Below are positions 18,993 through 27,156 of a stretch of DNA of 64,000 nucleotides, in pieces. Within the stretch, counting starts at the first letter, position 1. Every line of letters starts with the position of its first letter. Origin of the DNA: a virus (Duplodnaviria; Caudoviricetes). The notes under the pieces were generated by a model that saw nothing but the letters and a program-made list of their open reading frames with translations, did no database searches and was not told where the DNA came from. The translations under genes and the position numbers were made by a program. The stretch covers positions 96,001 to 160,000 of the IMG/VR virus record IMGVR_UViG_3300032053_000004; one strand, written 5' to 3'.

Positions 18993-19355
18993 ATGAGCCA
19001 TAATAAAACTGCTGGCATAACGATATATATACAAGAGGAACTTTCCGACGCTCGTTTGCGTTGTGATGAACTCAAGTCTTATATTGTTAAAGCCATAAAT
19101 CTAATTCATTCTAGCGATAAGAAGGATCATATATATGCCGTAGCCGGAGATCTCGTTCATGCTGCTCCAGAAGCTTTGCTTAAACTGGAGAGAGCTCTCG
19201 AGGCTACGGCTATGGCTGTAAATAAAATGGATTATGAAGAGTTGCGCCAAATTCTTCGTCCCGAAAAAGTCGATGAACTTGAAAGAGTTTTAGATGATAT
19301 AAGAATAAATATACCCCGGAGAACTGGGGATAAAATGAAATTTAACGAGGATTGA
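18993..19355 (+). CDS. Hypothetical helical protein
   Basis: 120-aa ORF beginning MSHNKTAG. Confidence 0.65.
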   Translation: MSHNKTAGITIYIQEELSDARLRCDELKSYIVKAINLIHSSDKKDHIYAVAGDLVHAAPEALLKLERALEATAMAVNKMDYEELRQILRPEKVDELERVLDDIRINIPRRTGDKMKFNED

Positions 19356-20782
19356 ACTTAGTGTATGTTTGTGGTGTGAACGAGAAAGGATTGGATAACA
19401 AATCAAAGATTAGTATTAACTGTATATGTGGAAAATTGTTTCTTATTTCGTTTAAACAGTTAAAACACAATAAGAAAATTAATAGATCAAATATTTGTAG
19501 AAGTTGTTCAATCAAAAAACTCTGGGAAAACCCTGATTATAGAATTAGGGTTAATGATTCTCTTAAATCGCTTGATAAAACACTGTTAAAACAAAAAATA
19601 TCTAAAAAATCCAAGTTAATGTGGGAAAATTCTGAATACAGGGAAAATCAAAAAAATATCCATACGAGTTCCGACTATATTAAAGAGACTTCTGAACGAT
19701 CAAAAAAACTATGGGACAATGATGATTTCAGAACAAATCAACTAAAGATAAGAAACGATCCGATTTGGATTGAAAAACAATCCAAATCTATGAAGAAACT
19801 ATGGGAAAACTCTGACTATCAAAATAGAGTTTCTAGTTCTTTATCAAAAGTTTTCATTAAGGGTTACAAGTCATCACTGGAAATAGTTACGCATAATATA
19901 CTTGAGTCCATGCATGTTCGTTTTGAAGAGCAAAAACCTTTAGGCCCTTATATTTTTGATTTTTTCTTACCAGAACATGATACTTTCATAGAATGTCAAG
20001 GTGAATACTGGCACTCAATCAAAAAGGCTTCGTCTAAAGACGCTTCTAAGTTTTCTTACTTTGAAAAATCTCGTCCTAATTCTAAAATTTTATATTTGCA
20101 TGAACGAGATTTTTTAAATCCGAAGATTGTAGAGAAAAAAATAGAAGAAATACTGAAAATTAAAATTAAAGTTGATATCGTTGATTTTTCTTTTTCTGAA
20201 GTAATACTGAAGGAGTTGGACCCTAAGATAAAGAATAAATCACACAATTCCTTACCGAAAGAATTTTTAGACTCATTCCATTATGCTCAGTTCGGTAGGT
20301 CATCCAAGGTAATATATGGAGCTTTTTTGAAAGAGAAATTAATTTCTGTTTGTAAATTTTCTACTCCTATAAGAAAAGAAGTTGCAACTTCTTTAAATTA
20401 TTCTTACTCGGAAGTTTTAGAACTCGATCGTTTTTGCATACATCCGGAGTATCAAAAGAAAAACTTCGCCTCTTGGTTTATTTCGAAGTGTATGAAAATG
20501 GTTTTTGAGAAATACTTAAAGATCAATCATTTAGTATCATTCGCTGATTCGACCTATGGACACTCCGGGGTCATATATAAAGCCGCAAATTGGAAAGAAA
20601 TTGGAAATACTAAGCCAGATTATCATTACATAAATGATGGCGGTTGGATATTGCATAAAAAAACTCTTTATAATCATGCGGTTAAAATGGGGAAAAATGA
20701 AAAAGGGTACTCATCAGAGTATGGATATAAGAAAGTATATGGAAAGTTAAAAACAAAATTTATATTTTCTCGGTTTAATTGA
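19352..20782 (+). CDS. Free-standing homing-type endonuclease (Vsr/DUF559-like PD-(D/E)XK) fused to a Mom-like GNAT domain
   Basis: CICG...CRSC Zn motif, four KxLWxNxxY/F repeats, nuclease core SLE...FDFFLPEHDTFIECQGEYWH, then ELDRFC...KNFASWFIS...LVSFADSTYGHSGVIYKAANW. Confidence 0.7.
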   Translation: MNLVYVCGVNEKGLDNKSKISINCICGKLFLISFKQLKHNKKINRSNICRSCSIKKLWENPDYRIRVNDSLKSLDKTLLKQKISKKSKLMWENSEYRENQKNIHTSSDYIKETSERSKKLWDNDDFRTNQLKIRNDPIWIEKQSKSMKKLWENSDYQNRVSSSLSKVFIKGYKSSLEIVTHNILESMHVRFEEQKPLGPYIFDFFLPEHDTFIECQGEYWHSIKKASSKDASKFSYFEKSRPNSKILYLHERDFLNPKIVEKKIEEILKIKIKVDIVDFSFSEVILKELDPKIKNKSHNSLPKEFLDSFHYAQFGRSSKVIYGAFLKEKLISVCKFSTPIRKEVATSLNYSYSEVLELDRFCIHPEYQKKNFASWFISKCMKMVFEKYLKINHLVSFADSTYGHSGVIYKAANWKEIGNTKPDYHYINDGGWILHKKTLYNHAVKMGKNEKGYSSEYGYKKVYGKLKTKFIFSRFN

Positions 20783-20794
20783 GAATTTATTTAG

Positions 20795-21850
20795 ATGTCC
20801 AGTAATTCTCCTCGTGGTTTTATATTATCTGATGCGGCAATGTATGCGTTTGAGTGTCAAGAAGTATATCCTGATTTATTGAGTTTTGCTGTTGCAATTC
20901 CCGATCATTTAAAACAGTTATTTTTAGTCCCAGTTACGGTTGAACCGATGTCGATTGCATCGGTGGCTTCTCGTGTTGCATTTGATGATAGTGGGGCCGG
21001 ATATGAAACAGATTCGGCTGATTTGTTTGGGACCAAAACTTTTGTTGTTGAAAATGATCCGGAGCCAACCGTAACGGATTCCGACCCCGGATCTATGTTT
21101 GATATTGATGGATATTGGGGAAAGACCCATCAAGATGATGGGACGGACGAAAATTGGCAAGTCCCGTCAGACACAAGTTACATGTCTGACATTGATATCA
21201 CCAATTATTGGTCTTACCCTTATAGATCTGAAGAAAAACCTCGTCATTCTTCATTACGGCAAGTAGCATTCTTCAAATTGTCTCTTAAACCTGAGAGGCT
21301 AATTACTGAAGTCCCGAAGAAAATCAAAGAAAATGCGGAAGTTTGTTCTGTTAGTTTAGTATCATATGATAAGCGTGGTCGGATTTTTTCTTTTAAAGTT
21401 GATTGCGGGAATAAACCGAAAAATGTCCGAGCTTCTTTAACTAGTTTAAATGAAGTTGCTATGACTTGTTCTTGTCCGTTCTGGAGATGGAACGGACCCG
21501 AATTTAATGCTAAATCAAATAAATTTTTGCTAGGAAAACCTAACGGAAAGGCTTCTCCTCCGAATGTTCGTGATCCTGATCGGGAGTTTTGGCTCTGTAA
21601 GCATACTTTTGCTGTTTTAAAACGTTTAGACACTTTCGTCCAACAGATAGTTGATGAAAACTGGGGTTTGGACGATGATGATCTTCTTAGAGAAATAGAC
21701 GAAGAATGGGATAGATTAATTGCAGTTTCTGAAGAGACTTCAGAAGAACTAGAAGAAGAAAACCCAGAGATAGAAGTTAAAATTGAGGAGGAGGAACCAG
21801 AGGAGGAACCCGAGGTTGAGGAGGAACCTGAGGAGGAATTGAAAAAGTAA
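20795..21850 (+). CDS. SWIM Zn-finger protein with acidic tail
   Basis: CSC...CKH motif; C-terminal EEEP repeats. Confidence 0.7.
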   Translation: MSSNSPRGFILSDAAMYAFECQEVYPDLLSFAVAIPDHLKQLFLVPVTVEPMSIASVASRVAFDDSGAGYETDSADLFGTKTFVVENDPEPTVTDSDPGSMFDIDGYWGKTHQDDGTDENWQVPSDTSYMSDIDITNYWSYPYRSEEKPRHSSLRQVAFFKLSLKPERLITEVPKKIKENAEVCSVSLVSYDKRGRIFSFKVDCGNKPKNVRASLTSLNEVAMTCSCPFWRWNGPEFNAKSNKFLLGKPNGKASPPNVRDPDREFWLCKHTFAVLKRLDTFVQQIVDENWGLDDDDLLREIDEEWDRLIAVSEETSEELEEENPEIEVKIEEEEPEEEPEVEEEPEEELKK

Positions 21851-21869
21851 AGTATTCTAAGAGGTCATT

Positions 21870-22265
21870 GTGCAATACGATTACGCTTGTTCAAAATGCA
21901 AAAACGTCCAAGAAGAAAGTTGTTCTGTAAAGGATTTTAAGGATTTCCATCCTAAATGTAATAAATGTAAATCTTCATGTAATTATCAATTTAATCCATC
22001 TGGCATACAATTTGTTTTAAAAGATGGGCCGTCCGGATCTTGGCCATCTAAAGGTAATAGGATTAAAGGACAAATGAATAAAAAGAACGATCAAATGATC
22101 CGTCGCCAACGGGATCGTTATGGTGAGGGTCAAAAAGCTATACCAAATTTTGAAGGTAAAGAAACTGAGTCTTGGAGAGAGGCTAAAAATATAGCCATGA
22201 AGGAACGCGGGGCTCAATCCGCGGCCACTTACGATAAAATCATCAAAAAAGACAAGAGAGTTTGA
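21870..22265 (+). CDS. FmdB-family Zn-ribbon protein
   Basis: MQYDYACSKC...KCNKC. Confidence 0.7.
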   Translation: MQYDYACSKCKNVQEESCSVKDFKDFHPKCNKCKSSCNYQFNPSGIQFVLKDGPSGSWPSKGNRIKGQMNKKNDQMIRRQRDRYGEGQKAIPNFEGKETESWREAKNIAMKERGAQSAATYDKIIKKDKRV

Positions 22266-22290
22266 TTTTTAATATCCTGTTTTATCCGAG

Positions 22291-22932
22291 ATGGCTAGAA
22301 TTTTTAGTGTTTACAGGCGTAAAAATAAGTTAGTTGACTTGAATTGGCCTTATCGGCCGGGTGTTGCTAGCTATCGAATGAAATTTGCTGGTAATTTTGA
22401 CGGGGTATTTGCTTTATTTGAGACCGTTTCCTTAAATGGAAAACAATCTTTAACCGTCCTAAATAACGGTTATACTGATAATCAATTTCGTGGTAAAACG
22501 AGATTTTTATTTAATCCAGATGATTATACAGCTTCTGGGTTGGATGATACCAAACCAATGTATATAAAGTTAGCCCCGGTAGATTTTGCTGGAGTCATCG
22601 GGGCTGACGAGGCCATGCAGTTAATTCTTCCATACAGCCCGGAGCCGAATCGAGCTTTGGTTTTGAATGGAAATGCTCCTACTCCAGGCCCTCTTGAAAT
22701 TCAACTCCCAATGCTTGTCCATAATATGATATTTACAAATTTAGACCCTGCCAACGTACTTAACGTTTCTTTTGAACCGACCGGTCCTGTATATGAAATT
22801 GGACCTTTGGCTACTACTAGTTCCATATATCCTTCAATATATCCTAACGCTAGTCAATTATTCATATCTGGAGCAGGTGGGGTCGTACCCATTAACGTTC
22901 TAGCATCGATCAGAAATAACCCAACCACTTGA
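22291..22932 (+). CDS. Putative virion structural protein
   Basis: Beta-rich 213-aa ORF heading a run of structural-looking genes. Confidence 0.5.
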   Translation: MARIFSVYRRKNKLVDLNWPYRPGVASYRMKFAGNFDGVFALFETVSLNGKQSLTVLNNGYTDNQFRGKTRFLFNPDDYTASGLDDTKPMYIKLAPVDFAGVIGADEAMQLILPYSPEPNRALVLNGNAPTPGPLEIQLPMLVHNMIFTNLDPANVLNVSFEPTGPVYEIGPLATTSSIYPSIYPNASQLFISGAGGVVPINVLASIRNNPTT

Positions 22933-22969
22933 TTCGATTTTTATTACACAGTTACATCAGGAGATAGCG

Positions 22970-23521
22970 ATGTCGATCACCCTCTTTAGAGTCACGAATC
23001 AACAAACTTTAAACCGATCTATATTGATAGATAAGTGTGATGATGGTCAGTCTAACTCCCCTGGGTATGCTCAGAGGGCGAAGCAGAGGGTGTATATTCC
23101 TTATGTTAATCCCCTAAATACTGCCGTTAAAGGTTATACGGATTTCGTTCCTTCTGATCGAGTCCTTCTTTCAGCAAATAATGGAACTATTGCCGGTTTA
23201 ACTACTGCTGGTCGGGTTTCTTTGGCCGTATTTGCCTCTTCTTTGATTGCAACCCCAGTAATAACTGGAGACGCTCTCGCCGGCGCAAGTACAACTGTAA
23301 CCGGTACGACTTTCGTCTCTCTCGCTCCTGATATAACTTATATAACCCTGACTAATCTTGTTGCAGTATCTCAAACTATTCCTCAGACAAGCTTTACAGT
23401 TCTTAATGCAACTACGATTACTTTCCTTGATGCCACATCGACTATTGGCGTCCCCGCAGCCGGATGGACAGCTAAAGTGTTTGCTAATTCGAAGTTTAGC
23501 AATACTTTCACTCTTGTGTAG
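22970..23521 (+). CDS. Putative virion structural protein
   Basis: SD AGGAG; T/A/V-rich with an Ig-like C-terminus; N-terminal motif shared with the 47701 protein. Confidence 0.55.
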   Translation: MSITLFRVTNQQTLNRSILIDKCDDGQSNSPGYAQRAKQRVYIPYVNPLNTAVKGYTDFVPSDRVLLSANNGTIAGLTTAGRVSLAVFASSLIATPVITGDALAGASTTVTGTTFVSLAPDITYITLTNLVAVSQTIPQTSFTVLNATTITFLDATSTIGVPAAGWTAKVFANSKFSNTFTLV

Positions 23522-23582
23522 TCCTTTATAGGATCGTCTGGGTGCCTTTAGAATCTAACCCCAAGGTAATGAGGTAAGGAAA

Positions 23583-24395
23583 ATGCGCGTAGGATTTGTT
23601 CGATCAGACATTAGTCATCTTTACTTGAACGACATTGAAAATCGCTCTCAACGAGCTTTTTCGATGGAACCGGCTGGGCAAAGCCGTTATTTCCATCAGC
23701 CGACAAGTGCAGAGATCACTACGACTCTGAACACGTACGCTTTCCTATCTGTTCTTGCAACAGATGTGGCGGCAACTGTCGATACGTCAGTTAACAATAC
23801 GCTTCGAATTCGGAAGCTTGCCGCTGACGCATTTTCGATCATTGCTGTTCCTGCCGGCGTTGCTACGGCTAAGACGGATATCCGAGATTCTTTGAATCTC
23901 TCCTTCATAAATCTCGGGCTTCCATTTGTGGCTTCGATTACTGCACCGAATAAATTGCAGATAGATACGGCCGGTACGAATGCTGGTCCGACTGCTCGTA
24001 TGGAGATTGATTCCGTTGCTAACGGATCAACTCTTAACACGGCAGTCGGGTTCCCGGTTGGCGTTACGATCGTTTCTGGTATTTCGGCTGCCACTTTGAT
24101 CGCCACCGTTTACCCAACGTCAGTCACGATCAACGTGAGTACTGCCGCTATTACGGCCCTTTCAACGTTCGTGTTGCTTAGCGCGACGAAGCAAACGAAT
24201 TTGGTGAATGGAATTGCGAACACGATAGCTCCGCAGCTTGTGGAGTCTGGTCCTGTTCTTCTTTCGTTCGTTTACGGTGTGATTTCGAAACTTCGCTCGG
24301 CTACTTTCCAGCCTGGTGGAACTCGTTCTGGACTTCCAGCTGGAATCGCAGCTGCCGTGGTTCAGAATGATGGCGTGACAGTATATACTGTTTAG
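23583..24395 (+). CDS. Putative virion structural protein
   Basis: SD AAGGA; T/A-rich; biased codons. Confidence 0.55.
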   Translation: MRVGFVRSDISHLYLNDIENRSQRAFSMEPAGQSRYFHQPTSAEITTTLNTYAFLSVLATDVAATVDTSVNNTLRIRKLAADAFSIIAVPAGVATAKTDIRDSLNLSFINLGLPFVASITAPNKLQIDTAGTNAGPTARMEIDSVANGSTLNTAVGFPVGVTIVSGISAATLIATVYPTSVTINVSTAAITALSTFVLLSATKQTNLVNGIANTIAPQLVESGPVLLSFVYGVISKLRSATFQPGGTRSGLPAGIAAAVVQNDGVTVYTV

Positions 24396-24426
24396 TCCAA
24401 TATGGATTTGGTTCTGTATGAACCCA

Positions 24427-24456
24427 AGATGAACCCTCCATTTGGAGGGTTCATCT
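24427..24456 (+). terminator. 13-bp hairpin (terminator or processing site)
   Basis: AGATGAACCCTCC-ATTT-GGAGGGTTCATCT; weak U-tract. Confidence 0.55.
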
Positions 24457-24493
24457 GTATTAGACTTCTGTTTAGTATAGTCTTATAGATAAG

Positions 24494-24736
24494 ATGTCAG
24501 ACATACTAGACGAAGAACTTGAGACTCATGATATTTATTTATCAGCTTATTTGCTGATTTCCGGTTGTGTTTTAGTCAGACAACGTATGCAGGGTGCTCG
24601 TAAATATTTCATTTTTAAAAATCCGGCCGGCTCTATTAAAGATCTCCAAACGGCTTATTATTCAAATCAAACTTCTGTTAAACCACATCAATATGCGCAA
24701 CAGATAGTGGCTGTGAAGCAGATGTGCTTCAGCTAA
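24494..24736 (+). CDS. Small protein, DUF5659-like pattern
   Basis: THDIYLSAYLLISGCVL...KYFIF. Confidence 0.5.
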   Translation: MSDILDEELETHDIYLSAYLLISGCVLVRQRMQGARKYFIFKNPAGSIKDLQTAYYSNQTSVKPHQYAQQIVAVKQMCFS

Positions 24737-24740
24737 ACGT

Positions 24741-25454
24741 TTGTTCAGTATTTACCCTCTAAGATTAATTTTCTTAATAAGGTTTATGATGCACGGAGTA
24801 TCTATTTATGAATCGTATGACGGTCCGCCAATAGACGCGACCGAGTTCTGTCTTCATTCTGGGAATATAAACACTAGAAAAACAATTCTCGATAGTTTAT
24901 ATGGCCGATTTAAAAGTATCAGTGCTCATCTACCATCGTTTCTTCCTAGTTCTCAAATTGCTCAAGAAGTAGCTTTTGATGATGGAAGAATTGATTATTT
25001 TGTAGCTCATGTGACTAAGTATACCCCCTTCGCTGAATGGAAAAAGTACTTAGAACCAGGTAAGCGTATACTATTTGAAAATCATAATCAAGATTGGCAC
25101 CCGACAGATGCTGGTTGGTGTCGAGCTTCAGATTTTTCACCTATTGTAGACGCAGGTCATGAAATTTGTTTGGATTTAGGGCATATTTTATATAGTTGTT
25201 ATTCTCGTGGGAATATCGGAGAATCAGAACAAATATTTCAAGAATTTCTACAATTACCGATTGCTTCTGTTCATGTTCATACAATGGATTCTACTATGGA
25301 CCATAGTTTGACTGGTTATGACATAGGCCCTTGGGTTCGGGCTATTGAGACGAAATGGCCTAAAGCTATTTTATTGGTGGAAGTCATGGACCCAAAATAT
25401 TCGGTTGAAGATAAAATCCAAGCTTTATCGGCTTGGAGTACCATTTCTGGTTAG
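24741..25454 (+). CDS. Xylose-isomerase-like/AP-endonuclease-2 TIM barrel
   Basis: Metal-ligand pattern LFEN...CLDLGH...VHVH..D...DH...LVE. Start may be ATG 24786. Confidence 0.65.
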   Translation: MFSIYPLRLIFLIRFMMHGVSIYESYDGPPIDATEFCLHSGNINTRKTILDSLYGRFKSISAHLPSFLPSSQIAQEVAFDDGRIDYFVAHVTKYTPFAEWKKYLEPGKRILFENHNQDWHPTDAGWCRASDFSPIVDAGHEICLDLGHILYSCYSRGNIGESEQIFQEFLQLPIASVHVHTMDSTMDHSLTGYDIGPWVRAIETKWPKAILLVEVMDPKYSVEDKIQALSAWSTISG

Positions 25455-25476
25455 CTCTTTATCATCGTTTAAATGT

Positions 25477-25881
25477 ATGAGCCGTCTTTTACCAGCAGGC
25501 ACAGTCGTGTATGATATAACGGAAGTATTTTTTCCCGTTAATACTGTGAATCGGGTTTCCGGTTTAACCTATTCTTCAGTCATATCGACAAATTTTGTAA
25601 ATAATAACCCATTGAATTGGCCAATTGCTGACGGGACAGCAATTCAAAGCGGTCAGATTCTTTCTGGAAAAATTTATTTTAATGAAATTTCCGGAAATCC
25701 TGGTTTTTATTCCATTCGGTTCTTACCGGACCGAATGGGCTTTTGGAGGTTGGTACTGAATTTCGCTGCATATAGCACTGAATTTTCTGCAGACTATGAT
25801 ATAATCCCGGCTGGAGCCTTTACCCCAAGTGCTTCAACTGGTGGTTTAACTGCTTCTTTTCTCAACAATTCAACTTGCTAA
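25477..25881 (+). CDS. Putative structural Ig-like protein
   Basis: ATG 25477 in the frame of track ORF 25345..25881; GFYSIRF...GFWRLVL strands. Confidence 0.55.
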   Translation: MSRLLPAGTVVYDITEVFFPVNTVNRVSGLTYSSVISTNFVNNNPLNWPIADGTAIQSGQILSGKIYFNEISGNPGFYSIRFLPDRMGFWRLVLNFAAYSTEFSADYDIIPAGAFTPSASTGGLTASFLNNSTC

Positions 25882-25884
25882 AAA

Positions 25885-27153
25885 ATGGCAATTTTTCTTG
25901 TCGGATCAACTTTAACTCGTGGAGATTTACAGATCAAACTCCACAACGATCTTGGTTATCTCCAAGATGGGATAGACGTACGTTGGTCAATAACTACATT
26001 TAATGGAGAACCCGTATCAGGTTCAAAACTTCCCGCCATAAAACAAGATACGGGAACTTATTATGCTCCATGGCAGTCTAACGTTAAAAACGGAAACTAT
26101 ATAATTAAATGGGAATATCAAGAAAATCATTGTGAATCTGTAAAATGTGCAGAGCAAAATTTCTTTATTGTTGATCCTTCAAGCTATAATTGTAATCCTT
26201 GTCGTGTTTGTGATACTGGTTTCCCAGAAAAAGGCGGGTATGCTTTCTTAACCGGTTCTCTTTTAGGAAGGAACGATCTTCCTCTTTATTTGAAAAACAG
26301 TGCCGGTTTACCTGCTGATGCTTTCATGGTTTTTTGGACCATTTTGAATGCAGCAGGTCGTCCTATCAACCCACGAACGATTGCTGATCGTGCGACAATA
26401 GGGGAATATTTTGCAAGTTGGTTTGTTGCTGTTCAAAGTGGGGATTATAGGATAAAGTGGGATTGGCAAGAAACTTCTGATTCTCCTCAAACTTCATCTT
26501 GTATTGATTTTTCTGTCATAAATCCGCCGCTTCCATACGCAGTTATGATTTTAGTACCATGCAATGTTATTACTCCTGATTGCGCTCTTAATCCGATAGT
26601 TGTTCCTGGCGTTCTTGTTGCGTGTTGTGATCAGGTCCGTGTTTGTCCAACACCGATGGCTCCTTGTCCTTGTCCTTCTCCAATTTTTGCAACGATTCCT
26701 ATTCCTATGCCAGGTCCTTCAAATTGTTGTGATTTTGAGATCCCGAGAGTTGTTCATCTCGCTTCTCAAGCTTTACCATCGGGCGGTGGATACACGAATC
26801 AACCATCGTACATAATCCCTTCTGGTGTTAGAAAAATTTGTTTTTATATCAATTATACACGTGGTGTTGTTGGCGGTTTTGCAACTTATAGAATCATGTG
26901 GGGGAATGGAACAGAAGAAACTCAAGAAACTTTGATTGATACCTTCGTAGTTGGAGATGATCAAAATGCTTCTCAAGCCATGTTCTTACAAGATCTAGAA
27001 GGTCCTATACCTCAGTCTAACTCTTCAGTTAATTTTATGATTGAAGTCAGCGTTCCCGGAGGACCTAAGACAGTAAGAGTTTTAGCAGCTGAAAAAGGAA
27101 AACCGGGATCACCGGGAACTACTGCAATAACTTTAACAGCCTCTTCGGATTAA
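25885..27153 (+). CDS. Structural protein with two tandem Ig-like domains and a Cys/Pro linker; possible collar/fibre adaptor
   Basis: Internal duplication GTYYAPW..GNYIIKWEYQE / GEYFASW..GDYRIKWDWQE; directly upstream of the collagen gene. Confidence 0.55.
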   Translation: MAIFLVGSTLTRGDLQIKLHNDLGYLQDGIDVRWSITTFNGEPVSGSKLPAIKQDTGTYYAPWQSNVKNGNYIIKWEYQENHCESVKCAEQNFFIVDPSSYNCNPCRVCDTGFPEKGGYAFLTGSLLGRNDLPLYLKNSAGLPADAFMVFWTILNAAGRPINPRTIADRATIGEYFASWFVAVQSGDYRIKWDWQETSDSPQTSSCIDFSVINPPLPYAVMILVPCNVITPDCALNPIVVPGVLVACCDQVRVCPTPMAPCPCPSPIFATIPIPMPGPSNCCDFEIPRVVHLASQALPSGGGYTNQPSYIIPSGVRKICFYINYTRGVVGGFATYRIMWGNGTEETQETLIDTFVVGDDQNASQAMFLQDLEGPIPQSNSSVNFMIEVSVPGGPKTVRVLAAEKGKPGSPGTTAITLTASSD

Positions 27154-27156
27154 TTT

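Noticed and set aside
19352-20782. Group I intron housing the endonuclease
   Set aside because: The flanking ORFs look complete, the gene overlaps the upstream stop with its own SD, and there is no room for an intron core.
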